From Candidatus Omnitrophota bacterium (GTDB taxonomy: Bacteria; Omnitrophota; Gorgyraeia; Gygaellales; UBA12090): 64,000 bases of DNA. Shown piece after piece: positions 33,685-42,301 of the stretch; the first letter of the stretch is position 1, and the number at the start of each line of letters is the position of its first letter. Both the position numbers and the translations under genes were made by a program. Below the pieces are notes generated by a model that made no database searches, had not been told where the DNA came from, and saw only the letters and a list, made by a program, of their open reading frames with translations. Where the stretch lies: NCBI GenBank assembly GCA_030674475.1, contig JAUSCZ010000014.1, positions 13,938 through 77,937 of the forward strand, given 5' to 3'.

Positions 33685-34617
33685 ATGAGTGTAGACCTGA
33701 ATAAAGTTAAAACCTATTCTATAAAAAAGAGATTATCTATGGTGGATAAGAAAGCCTTCGCCGGGGTTTCGGCCAAGGGTGGAAGTTTTCAAGAATTTTA
33801 TGAGTCTCTGCCTGATATTCTTAAAGTCCGCGACCTGAAGGCGGTGGTGAGTGCTATTATCAGGGCCAGGAAGAAGAAAAGGGCGGTAATTTTTATGATG
33901 GGAGCCCATGTGATCAAGTGCGGCCTCAGCCCCTTAGTTATAGATTTAATCCGCAAGAAAATAATCAGCTCTATTGTCTTAAACGGCGCCGGAATAATCC
34001 ATGATTTTGAGATTGCCTATCAGGCCCGGACCTCGGAAGATGTGGCCAGTGCCTTAAGGCTGGGGAGTTTTGGAATGGCCCGGGAAACAGCCGAGTTTGT
34101 TAATAACGCGGTCAACCAGGGTGTCCAAGAAGGATTGGGCCTGGGCGAGGCAGTGGGCAGACAAATAGCCCGGGGAGGATTAAAGTTTAAGGATTGCAGT
34201 ATCTTATATGCTTGCTATAAAGCGAATATTCCGGTAAGCGTGCAGGTGGCTATCGGAACGGATATAATCCATCAGCATCCTTCTTTTGACGGGGCGTTGA
34301 CCGGTGAAGGCTCGCAAAGAGATTTCTTGAAATTAGTTGAAGCTGTTGGCGGTTTAGGAGGCGGTGGGGTAGTTTTGAATTTCGGCTCAAATGTTATTTT
34401 GCCGGAGGTTTTCTTAAAGGCTCTGAACCTGGCCCGGAATTTAGGAAAAAAGATAGACAATTTTACCGCGGCCAATTTTGATATGGTTCATCATTACCGG
34501 CCGCAGATGAATGTGGTGAGTCGGCCCACCCAGGATAGCGGCCACGGCTATTACATTATCGGCCATCACGAGATTATGCTTCCTTTGCTGCATAGGGGAA
34601 TAATTGAATATATGTAA
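33685..34617 (+). CDS. deoxyhypusine synthase-like (DHS-like NAD-binding fold) family protein
   Basis: Blocks FMMGAHVIKCGLSPLVIDLI, IVLNGAGIIHDFE and LGGGGVVLNFGSN align with the DHS TSNLISSG / TTAGGVEEDL / GGGV blocks. The assignment is from memory. Confidence 0.45.
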   Translation: MSVDLNKVKTYSIKKRLSMVDKKAFAGVSAKGGSFQEFYESLPDILKVRDLKAVVSAIIRARKKKRAVIFMMGAHVIKCGLSPLVIDLIRKKIISSIVLNGAGIIHDFEIAYQARTSEDVASALRLGSFGMARETAEFVNNAVNQGVQEGLGLGEAVGRQIARGGLKFKDCSILYACYKANIPVSVQVAIGTDIIHQHPSFDGALTGEGSQRDFLKLVEAVGGLGGGGVVLNFGSNVILPEVFLKALNLARNLGKKIDNFTAANFDMVHHYRPQMNVVSRPTQDSGHGYYIIGHHEIMLPLLHRGIIEYM

Positions 34618-34671
34618 GAAATAGCTTTCAGCGGTCGGCTCTCGGCTTTCAGCTAAAAATTGATTATAATA

Positions 34672-35643
34672 ATGAAGACAAAATTGAAATCTATAATTCA
34701 GAAATTCTCTAAGGCCAAGGTGTTGGTTATCGGAGATTTGATTCTGGATGAGTTTATTTGGGGCAAGGTAGATAGAATTTCACCCGAGGCTCCTGTTCCG
34801 GTGGTATTAGTAAGCTCCGAGTCGTTTATGCCCGGGGGTGCTTCCAATGTGGCCAATAATATCGCTTCTTTAGGAGGGAGTTCCGGAATCTGCGGGGTAA
34901 TCGGCGAAGATAAGTCCGGGCGCATCCTGGTTGAGGAGTTAAAGAAAAAAGGCGTGGATGTCTCGGGAATAGTAATTGACGCGCAGCGGCCGACTACGGT
35001 CAAGACCCGCGTCATTGCCCATCATCAGCAGATGGTCAGGGTGGACCGGGAGAAGATGGGATCTATTGATGACAATCTCCTGGAGCAGGTTTTGTCTTTT
35101 ATCCGCCGCGAGATAAATGAAATTGACGCCCTGATTATTGAAGACTACGGTAAAGGGGTGATTACCCCGCGGCTGTTGGCCGAGATAGTGCCACTGGCCA
35201 AAAAACATAAAAAGATAATCACTGTTGATCCTAAGGTAAGCCATTTTCCTTACTATCAAGGAGTAACCTGCATTACTCCTAATGAAAAAGAGGCCCAGGG
35301 CGGCTCAGGTATTGATATTCAGAATGACGAAGACATTAATAGGGCCGGAAAAAAACTGCTTAAGGATCTAAACTTGGAAGCGGCGCTGATTACTTTGGGG
35401 GAAAACGGGATGCGCTTATTTGAGAAAAGCGGCCCGGTTACCCATATCCCTACAGTGGCCCAGGAGGTTTTTGATGTCTCCGGCGCCGGGGATACGGTTA
35501 TTGCCGCCTTTACTTTGGCCTTAGCCAGCGGAGCCACCAAGCAGGAAGCGGCCTATATTTCCAATTTTGCCGCCGGCATCGTAGTCAGCAAGGTAGGAAC
35601 CGCGGTGGTAACTAAAGAGGAACTGTTAGAAAGAATTAAATGA
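34672..35643 (+). CDS. hldE: D-glycero-beta-D-manno-heptose-7-phosphate kinase (HldE/RfaE domain I only)
   Basis: PfkB carbohydrate kinase: VLVIGDLILDEFIWGKVDRISPEAPVPVV, GGASNVANN, DVSGAGDTV. No adenylyltransferase domain. ATG at 34672. Confidence 0.85.
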   Translation: MKTKLKSIIQKFSKAKVLVIGDLILDEFIWGKVDRISPEAPVPVVLVSSESFMPGGASNVANNIASLGGSSGICGVIGEDKSGRILVEELKKKGVDVSGIVIDAQRPTTVKTRVIAHHQQMVRVDREKMGSIDDNLLEQVLSFIRREINEIDALIIEDYGKGVITPRLLAEIVPLAKKHKKIITVDPKVSHFPYYQGVTCITPNEKEAQGGSGIDIQNDEDINRAGKKLLKDLNLEAALITLGENGMRLFEKSGPVTHIPTVAQEVFDVSGAGDTVIAAFTLALASGATKQEAAYISNFAAGIVVSKVGTAVVTKEELLERIK

Positions 35644-35671
35644 TAGCCTTAATCGAACGAAGTGAGGGAAA

Positions 35672-36394
35672 ATGGATGTAATCGGAGTAATTCCAGCAAG
35701 ATACGGTTCAACCCGTTTTGAAGGCAAGGTATTAGCTGACCTACACGGTAAACCGATGATTCAATGGGTATGGGAAGCGGCAAAAAAAGCCAAGATTTTG
35801 GATGAGGTGATTGTTGCCTGTGATGATAAAAGAATAGAGGAGGCGGTTAAATCCTTCGGGGGCAAGGTAGTTTTTACCTCTAAAGAACATACCTGCGGAA
35901 CGGATAGAATTTGCGAGGTGGTGAATCCCTTAGAGGTTAAAGTGATAGTGAATATCCAGGCTGATGAGCCGTTGTTGGACCCGGTAATGATTGAGAATGT
36001 GGCTCGTCCGCTGTTGGATAACCCCGCGTTAAATATGGCCACCCTGATGAAAAGAATAGATGAACATCGGGAAATTGCCGACCCAAATGTAGTTAAGGTG
36101 CTTACGGATAAAAACGGCCTGGCCCTTTATTTTTCGCGTTCAGCTGTCCCCTATCAACAGGATAAGTCCGTCCGCGCGGTCTATTACAAGCACATCGGCC
36201 TGTATGCCTATACCAAGGATTTTCTTTTTATCTTCAAGAATCTTCCTGAATCTTATTTGGAGAAGATGGAAAAGTTGGAACAGCTGCGGGTTCTGGAGGC
36301 CGGTTTCAGGATAAAAGTGATTGAAACTAAAGTTTCGACTATCGGCGTGGATACCCCTGAGGATTTAGAAAAGGCTAAGAAGATAATTTCTTAA
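35672..36394 (+). CDS. kdsB: 3-deoxy-manno-octulosonate cytidylyltransferase (CMP-KDO synthetase)
   Basis: VIGVIPARYGSTRFEGKVLADLHGKPMIQWV, NIQADEP motifs. Confidence 0.9.
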   Translation: MDVIGVIPARYGSTRFEGKVLADLHGKPMIQWVWEAAKKAKILDEVIVACDDKRIEEAVKSFGGKVVFTSKEHTCGTDRICEVVNPLEVKVIVNIQADEPLLDPVMIENVARPLLDNPALNMATLMKRIDEHREIADPNVVKVLTDKNGLALYFSRSAVPYQQDKSVRAVYYKHIGLYAYTKDFLFIFKNLPESYLEKMEKLEQLRVLEAGFRIKVIETKVSTIGVDTPEDLEKAKKIIS

Positions 36395-36399
36395 AGAAG

Positions 36400-37218
36400 A
36401 TGACCAGAGAGATAAAGATAAAAGATATAAAGATCGGCGCGGGGAATCCGCTGGTGTTAATTGCCGGGCCTTGCGTGATTGAGAATAAAAAGTTGACTCT
36501 GGATACCGCCCGGGCTTTAAAGGATTTAAGCTCGGAAGTTGAAATCCCTTTTATCTTTAAGTCCAGCTATGATAAGGCTAACCGCACCTCTTTGGATTCT
36601 TACCGCGGCCCGGGTTTAAAAAAAGGTTTAGAGATATTGAAAGAAGTTAAAGAAAAATTAGGGCTTCCAATCTTAAGCGATGTGCATTGCCGGCAGGATG
36701 TAAAAGCGGCGGCTAAGGTTTTGGATATAATTCAGATTCCGGCGTTTTTATCCCGTCAGACCGACCTTTTGATTGAGGCGGCGCATACGGGAAAAGTGGT
36801 TAATATCAAAAAGGGCCAATTCCTGGCTCCCTGGGATATGGCACCCAGTATCAAGAAGATAGAAGCCAGCGGAAATAAAAATATCCTGATTACCGAAAGA
36901 GGGGTGAGCTTCGGCTATAATAATCTGGTTTCGGATTTACGGGCTTTAGCCATAATCCGGGATTTTGGTTATCCGGTGATTTATGATGCCACCCACAGCG
37001 TTCAGCTTCCCGGGGGAGGAGGCAGTTGTTCGGGCGGCGAGCGTCGTTTTGTCCCGGGCCTGTCCCGGGCGGCAGTGGCCTTTGGCTGTGACGGATTATT
37101 TCTGGAGGTGCACCCTGACCCTGATAAGGCTCTTTGTGATGGGCCGAACATGGTTTCTTTGAAAGAACTTAAAGCCCTGCTTAAACAGGTTAAAAACATT
37201 GAAAGGGCGTTGAAATGA
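36400..37218 (+). CDS. kdsA: 2-dehydro-3-deoxyphosphooctonate aldolase (KDO-8-P synthase)
   Basis: LIAGPCVIEN..., KSSYDKANRTS, IIRDFGYPVIYDATHSVQ motifs. Confidence 0.9.
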   Translation: MTREIKIKDIKIGAGNPLVLIAGPCVIENKKLTLDTARALKDLSSEVEIPFIFKSSYDKANRTSLDSYRGPGLKKGLEILKEVKEKLGLPILSDVHCRQDVKAAAKVLDIIQIPAFLSRQTDLLIEAAHTGKVVNIKKGQFLAPWDMAPSIKKIEASGNKNILITERGVSFGYNNLVSDLRALAIIRDFGYPVIYDATHSVQLPGGGGSCSGGERRFVPGLSRAAVAFGCDGLFLEVHPDPDKALCDGPNMVSLKELKALLKQVKNIERALK

Positions 37219-38174
37219 TTCTTAGCCGGGCTAAAGAGGTTTTTAAAATAGAAGCTGAGGCGATAGCCAGCCTCTCTTCCAAGTTAGATGATAATTTCGT
37301 CCAGGCGGTAGAGGCGATGTATAATTGCCGGGGGCGGGTGGTGGTCAGCGGAATGGGTAAGACCGGCATCATCGGCCAGAAGATATCCGCGACCCTGTCT
37401 TCTTTGGGAACCCCCAGCATTTGGCTGCATTCCGCGGAGGCCGCGCACGGAGACCTGGGAAGGGTAACTAAGGATGATGTGGTAATTATTCTTTCTCACA
37501 GCGGGGAGACTGAGGAGACAAAAAATTTAGTCCCCGTATTAAAGAAGCTTGGATCCAAGCTTATTGCCATTACCGGAAATAAAAATTCCACCTTAGCCAA
37601 ATATTCGGATATGGTCCTGGATGTTTCGGTTAAAAAAGAGGCCTGCACCTTAGGGTTGGCCCCTACCTCATCCACTACTGCCGCCCTGGCCATGGGAGAT
37701 GCCCTGGCCGTATGTCTGGTGGAAAAAAAAGGTTTTAAAGAAAAAGATTTTGCCCTTTTTCATCCCGGGGGTTTATTAGGGAAGAGACTGCTTTTAAAAG
37801 TTGAAGATATTATGCGTAAAGGAAAAGCCAATCCTATTGTCAGGGAAGAGGCGATTGTTAAAGACGTGCTTTACGCTATTACCGGCGCCCGGGCCGGAGC
37901 GGCCTCGGTTATAGATAAGTCAGGAAGACTAAGCGGTATTTTTACCGACGGAGATCTGAGAAGACATTTAGAGCGAAATACAGATTTAGCTTCACGAAAA
38001 ATAAAAGAGGTGATGACTAAAAATCCCGTTACCATCCAGCCGCAAAGATTAGCGGTGGAGGCCTTAAGAATCCTGGAAGAAAAAAAGATTGATGAGCTTC
38101 CGGTAGTGGATGCGGCGCTTAAGCCGGTGGGCATGCTGGATATCCAGGATGTTTTAAGAGCGGGACTGGTGTAA
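37215..38174 (+). CDS. kpsF: arabinose-5-phosphate isomerase (KpsF/GutQ; SIS plus tandem CBS)
   Basis: SIS domain GRVVVSGMGKTGIIGQKISATLSSLGTP plus two CBS domains. Confidence 0.9.
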   Translation: MILSRAKEVFKIEAEAIASLSSKLDDNFVQAVEAMYNCRGRVVVSGMGKTGIIGQKISATLSSLGTPSIWLHSAEAAHGDLGRVTKDDVVIILSHSGETEETKNLVPVLKKLGSKLIAITGNKNSTLAKYSDMVLDVSVKKEACTLGLAPTSSTTAALAMGDALAVCLVEKKGFKEKDFALFHPGGLLGKRLLLKVEDIMRKGKANPIVREEAIVKDVLYAITGARAGAASVIDKSGRLSGIFTDGDLRRHLERNTDLASRKIKEVMTKNPVTIQPQRLAVEALRILEEKKIDELPVVDAALKPVGMLDIQDVLRAGLV

Positions 38175-38186
38175 AGAAAGTTAACA

Positions 38187-38714
38187 GTGAACAGAGTACA
38201 GATAACAGAAAAAATAAAAAAGATAAAATTGCTTATTCTGGATGTGGATGGAGTGCTTACTGACGGCAGGATAATTTATGATTCTCAGGGCCGGGATTCC
38301 AAGTTTTTTGATGTTCATGACGGCCTGGGGGTGTATCTTTTAAAAATGGCGGGGATTAAAACCATCCTGATTACCGCTAAAGGTTCAAAAACAATTAAAC
38401 CTAGAGCCAAAGATATGCGGGTTGAGGAGTTTTACGAAGACATTTTTCCTAAAACAAAAGTTTTGGCTAAAATTCTTAAAAAACACCGGATAAAAACTGA
38501 GAATATCTGTTTTATCGGTGATGATTTGGTGGATTTAAGCATAATGAAGGCGGTGGGCTTTCCGGTGGCTGTGGCCAACGCCAGCGAGGATATCAAGGCC
38601 GCCGCAAGTTATATTACCCAAAAAAAAGGCGGCCGGGGCGCGGTCCGGGAGACAGCTGAGCTGATTTTAAAGACTCAAGGTAAATGGCGGAAAGCAATTA
38701 GTATATATCAATAG
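38187..38714 (+). CDS. kdsC: KDO-8-phosphate phosphatase (HAD superfamily)
   Basis: LLILDVDGVLTDGRIIYD...GDDLVDL motifs and ~175 aa length. Confidence 0.85.
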   Translation: MNRVQITEKIKKIKLLILDVDGVLTDGRIIYDSQGRDSKFFDVHDGLGVYLLKMAGIKTILITAKGSKTIKPRAKDMRVEEFYEDIFPKTKVLAKILKKHRIKTENICFIGDDLVDLSIMKAVGFPVAVANASEDIKAAASYITQKKGGRGAVRETAELILKTQGKWRKAISIYQ

Positions 38715-38720
38715 AGCCGG

Positions 38721-38825
38721 CAAGCCAAAGCCATAAGCCAGAGGGCGATGGTTTGCATTCCATATAAGCAAAGCCATAAGCCAGAGGGCGATGGTTTGCA
38801 TTCCATATAAGCAAAGCCATAAGCC
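38721..38825. repeat. ~44-bp tandem repeat x2.4 (AAGCAAAGCCATAAGCCAGAGGGCGATGGTTTGCATTCCATAT)
   Basis: Two full units (38721-38765, 38766-38808) and a partial third. The unit contains the AGCCAAAGCCATAAGCC core shared with the in-CDS insertion at 32365-32415. Followed by TTGACA at 38827. Confidence 0.8.
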
Positions 38826-38878
38826 TTGACAAGGTTCTGGGAGTTGTTATTATATAATTTCCGAAAAAACCAAAAATT

Positions 38879-39814
38879 ATGAATAAGACCGTTTTAGCGC
38901 TTATTTTTTTATTCAGTCTGAGTTTTACTCTGGACGCGGCCCAGAAAAGCATGCCTAAGAAAAACCAGACGCAATCCGAGGACTCTGACCAAAGGATAGA
39001 TGATTTCTCCCTTTCCGGCGGCAACCAAAGAGGAAAGAAGGCCTGGGAGGTTAAGGGAAAGTCTGCCGATATCTTTACCGATGTGGTCAAGCTTACCAGC
39101 GTAAACGCTAATGTCTACGGTGAGGAAGAGGATGTGAACTTGGTTGGAGATAAGGGCTCTTACGATAAGGCCAGCGGCAAGATGCACCTGGAGGATAATG
39201 TGGTAATTACTACTACCGGCGGCGGGAAGATGACTACCGATTATTTGGATTGGGATAAGGAGTCGCAAAGGGTGAGTACCGAGGCCATGGTGAATATTGA
39301 AAGACAGAATATTAAGGCCACGGCCAAGGGTTTGGAGGGTGAGCCTAATTTAAAAAGGATTTCTTTAAAAGATAATGTTAAGGTGGAAATTAGGGAGCAG
39401 GCCGAGGCGCTCATCGCGCCGCTGGCGCCTCTCGCTCCTCAGGCGGCCGCGGCGGATGAATCGAAAATTTCCGACCCTCTTTTTTCCGCCAAGGAACCGA
39501 CGATTATTACCTGCGCCGGACCCTTAGAAATAGATTATGAGAAAGAAATAGCGGTTTTCCATAATAATGTTATGGTGGATCAGAAGGACCAAGGGGTTAT
39601 GTATGCCGATAGGATGGACGCCTATTTTGATTTTAAGAACAAAAAGATTTTACGGATAATTTCTAAAGGCAACGTTAAAATTGTCAAGGATGAAAATACT
39701 TCTTACAGCGATGAGGCGTTGTATTCCGCCCAAGACGGTAAATTAACCTTAAGCGGAAATCCACGCTTAGTCATTAATTCCAAGGATAAAATACTCAACG
39801 CGTCGTCAGAGTAG
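38879..39814 (+). CDS. LPS export periplasmic protein with two OstA-like (LptC/LptA-type) beta-jellyroll domains
   Basis: Signal/anchor MNKTVLALIFLFSLSFTL, two OstA-like repeats separated by an Ala/Pro-rich linker. Lies between kdsC and lptB, as lptC-lptA do in E. coli. Confidence 0.55.
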   Translation: MNKTVLALIFLFSLSFTLDAAQKSMPKKNQTQSEDSDQRIDDFSLSGGNQRGKKAWEVKGKSADIFTDVVKLTSVNANVYGEEEDVNLVGDKGSYDKASGKMHLEDNVVITTTGGGKMTTDYLDWDKESQRVSTEAMVNIERQNIKATAKGLEGEPNLKRISLKDNVKVEIREQAEALIAPLAPLAPQAAAADESKISDPLFSAKEPTIITCAGPLEIDYEKEIAVFHNNVMVDQKDQGVMYADRMDAYFDFKNKKILRIISKGNVKIVKDENTSYSDEALYSAQDGKLTLSGNPRLVINSKDKILNASSE

Positions 39815-39832
39815 TTTTTATATAGGTTAAAA

Positions 39833-40555
39833 ATGCATCTACTGGAAACTAAAGGTTTAGAAAAATCTTACGGGGGCAGGAAGGTTGTCTGCGGGGTGGA
39901 CATCTTGGTCAAAAGGGGCGAGGTGGTCGGGCTCCTGGGCCCCAACGGCGCGGGCAAAACCACTACCTTTTATATGGTGGTGGGTATAGTCAAGCCGGAC
40001 AAGGGCAATGTGGTCTTTGACAATGAAGACATCACCGCTCTTCCTATTCATGAACGCAGCCGTTTAGGTATAGGTTACCTGGCTCAGGAAAGGTCGGTTT
40101 TCAGGAAGCTTAGCGTAGCGGAGAATATTATGGCCATACTGGAAACCCTGCCTTTAAGCCCGGGTCAGCGCAAAAAGAGGCTTGAGGAATTGTTAGCCGA
40201 ACTAAATATAGCTCATTTGGCCAAGTCTAAGGCCTATACCTTATCCGGAGGGGAGACCCGGCGCCTGGAGATTACCCGGGCCCTGGTTACCCGGCCGTCG
40301 TTTATCCTTCTGGATGAACCTTTTTCCGGAATTGATCCTATAGTTGTTTCCGAGGCCCAGGCTATAATCCGGGAGCTTAAGGTCAAGGGTTTAGGGGTAT
40401 TGGTTACTGACCATAATGTCCGGGAGACCCTGGCTATTACCGACCGGGCTTATTTAATCTCTGACGGAAAGATTTTGATTTCCGGCGGAGCCGATGACCT
40501 GATTAACAATCCTCAGGCCCGTTCTATTTATCTGGGTGAGAAGTTTAGGATGTGA
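39833..40555 (+). CDS. lptB: LPS export ABC transporter ATP-binding protein
   Basis: Walker A GPNGAGKTT, signature LSGGETRRLEI, Walker B ILLDEP. C-terminal SIYLGEKFRM is typical of LptB. Confidence 0.9.
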   Translation: MHLLETKGLEKSYGGRKVVCGVDILVKRGEVVGLLGPNGAGKTTTFYMVVGIVKPDKGNVVFDNEDITALPIHERSRLGIGYLAQERSVFRKLSVAENIMAILETLPLSPGQRKKRLEELLAELNIAHLAKSKAYTLSGGETRRLEITRALVTRPSFILLDEPFSGIDPIVVSEAQAIIRELKVKGLGVLVTDHNVRETLAITDRAYLISDGKILISGGADDLINNPQARSIYLGEKFRM

Positions 40556-40557
40556 GA

Positions 40558-40650
40558 ACACGGATAGACACGGATAAAAGTACGGATTAACGCGGATAAA
40601 AAATCCGTGTCTATCTGTGTATTAAAAATCCGGGTTAATCCGTGTTTATA
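40558..40650. promoter_or_regulatory. array of ACGGATA direct/inverted half-sites forming an 18-bp-arm inverted repeat upstream of tig
   Basis: ACACGGATAGACACGGAT (40558-40575) pairs with ATCCGTGTCTATCTGTGT (40603-40620). Additional ACGGATT, GCGGATA, ATCCGGG and ATCCGTG half-sites lie in and after the loop. Confidence 0.5.
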
Positions 40651-40665
40651 GTGAAAGGAAAATAA

Positions 40666-41541
40666 ATGAAGGTTGAAGCCAAAAAATTAGACGCGAGTAA
40701 AGTGCAGTTGGATATTGAAGTCCCTCAGGAGACAGTAAAAAAGAAATTTGAAGAGGTGTATGAAAAGGTGGGCAAGGAAGCCAGGATTCCCGGTTTTCGT
40801 CCGGGGAAGGCCCCTAAGGATATATTAGAGAAGCATCACGGCCGGCTGATTCAGGATGAGGTAATCAAAGGCCTTATTCCGGAAGCCTACCGGGGTTCAA
40901 TTGAGAAAGAAAAAATTGACGTGGTGGAAATGCCTGAGATAAGCCAGGTAAAATTAGAATCAAATATCCTCTCTTTCCGGGCGGTGGTTGAGGTAAAGCC
41001 CCAGATAGAGATCAAGGAGTATAAAAACATTAAGCTTAAATATAAAAAGATAGCTGTCGGGCCGCAAGAGATTGATAAGTCTTTAGACAGCTTTAAAGAA
41101 AGCCATAAGATATCCGCTCTTGACGATAAATTTGCCAAAGGCTTAGGCTATAAGACATTAGCTGATATGCGCGCGTCTATCGAGCGCAGGCTCCTGACCC
41201 AAAAAGAGGATGAATTGAGGCGTCAACTTCAAGATGACCTGCTTAAGCAGATTTTAGATAAGGCGCGCTTTAGGGTTCCTCCGTCTTTGATTGCCCAGCG
41301 TTTGGAAGAATTAGTAAAGGATGCCAAGGTTCAGCTGGCCATCAGGCAGGTGCCCAGGGAGCAGATTGCCTCTCACGATGAGAAATTAAGAAAAGAGCTC
41401 TTGCCCGAAGCTGAGACGCAGGTCAAGACATTTTTGGTTTTAGAAGAAATAGCCAAAAAGGAAAACATAACCGATGCCGAGCATTTGACTCAAAGGACAA
41501 TTGAGTTTTTGTTAAGCGAAGCTAATTGGATTGAAGAATAA
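40666..41541 (+). CDS. tig: trigger factor lacking the PPIase (FKBP) domain
   Basis: N-terminal ribosome-binding domain with GFRPGKAP signature. C-terminal arm domain ([10 protein letters not shown]...). The ~100-aa FKBP domain is absent, so the protein is 291 aa rather than ~430. Confidence 0.8.
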   Translation: MKVEAKKLDASKVQLDIEVPQETVKKKFEEVYEKVGKEARIPGFRPGKAPKDILEKHHGRLIQDEVIKGLIPEAYRGSIEKEKIDVVEMPEISQVKLESNILSFRAVVEVKPQIEIKEYKNIKLKYKKIAVGPQEIDKSLDSFKESHKISALDDKFAKGLGYKTLADMRASIERRLLTQKEDELRRQLQDDLLKQILDKARFRVPPSLIAQRLEELVKDAKVQLAIRQVPREQIASHDEKLRKELLPEAETQVKTFLVLEEIAKKENITDAEHLTQRTIEFLLSEANWIEE

Positions 41542-41606
41542 AAGAGCTTTCAGCCTTCAGCAGAAAGCAGAAAGCAGAAAGCTGTTTAACGGAGGAGGAC
41601 ATTAAG

Positions 41607-42212
41607 ATGTATATAAAAGCGCAGACATTGGTTCCGATGGTGGTAGAGCAGACCTCTAAGGGTTTTGAGCGGGCTTATGATATATTCTCCCGTCTGCTTA
41701 AAGACAGGATTGTGTTTATCGGCACCCCGATTGACGATACCGTGGCTAATTTGGTCATCGCCCAACTGCTTTTTCTGCAGATGGAGGATGTCAATAAAGA
41801 AATCAGTATTTATATTAATTCACCCGGAGGCTCGGTAACCGCGGGTATGGCAATTTATGATACGATACAGTTTGTAAAATGCGATGTGTCTACTTATTGC
41901 GTTGGCCAGGCCGCCAGCATGGCCGCGCTTTTACTTTGCGCCGGAAGCAAGGGGAAACGTTTCTGCCTGCCTAATTCCCGGGTTATGATTCATCAGCCCT
42001 GGGGAGGGGTGCAGGGCCAGGCCTCGGATATTTCAATTCAGGCCAAGGAGATACTCCGCCTTCGGGACCGGATAAATGAGATTTTATCCCACCATACCGG
42101 CCAATCTCTGGAGAAAATCCAAAAAGACACTGATCGGGATTTCTTTATGTCCGGAGAAGAATCTAAGGCCTATGGATTGGTGGATGAAGTGGTTGCCGGA
42201 AAGAAGAAATAA
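41607..42212 (+). CDS. clpP: ATP-dependent Clp protease proteolytic subunit
   Basis: [11 protein letters not shown]..., catalytic GQAASMAA (Ser), MIHQP (His). Confidence 0.95.
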   Translation: MYIKAQTLVPMVVEQTSKGFERAYDIFSRLLKDRIVFIGTPIDDTVANLVIAQLLFLQMEDVNKEISIYINSPGGSVTAGMAIYDTIQFVKCDVSTYCVGQAASMAALLLCAGSKGKRFCLPNSRVMIHQPWGGVQGQASDISIQAKEILRLRDRINEILSHHTGQSLEKIQKDTDRDFFMSGEESKAYGLVDEVVAGKKK

Positions 42213-42220
42213 ACATCACT

Positions 42221-42283
42221 GTAGGGGCGAACCTGTGTGTTCGCCCGAATAACAGCGGGCAGACACGTAGGTCTGCCCCTACA
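42221..42283. repeat. nested REP-like element: GTAGGGGCGAAC-loop-GTTCGCCC hairpin plus GGGCAGAC-acgtag-GTCTGCCCCTAC hairpin
   Basis: First hairpin is the twin of 30132-30163. The whole unit is bracketed by GTAGGGGC...GCCCCTAC. Confidence 0.7.
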
Positions 42284-42301
42284 CACGAGGTAGAATATCC
42301 T

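Noticed and set aside
40666-41541. Trigger factor as a frameshifted or truncated pseudogene
   Set aside because: N- and C-terminal domains are in one continuous frame, with an exact excision of the FKBP domain and an intact C-terminus. No stop or frame change is evident.
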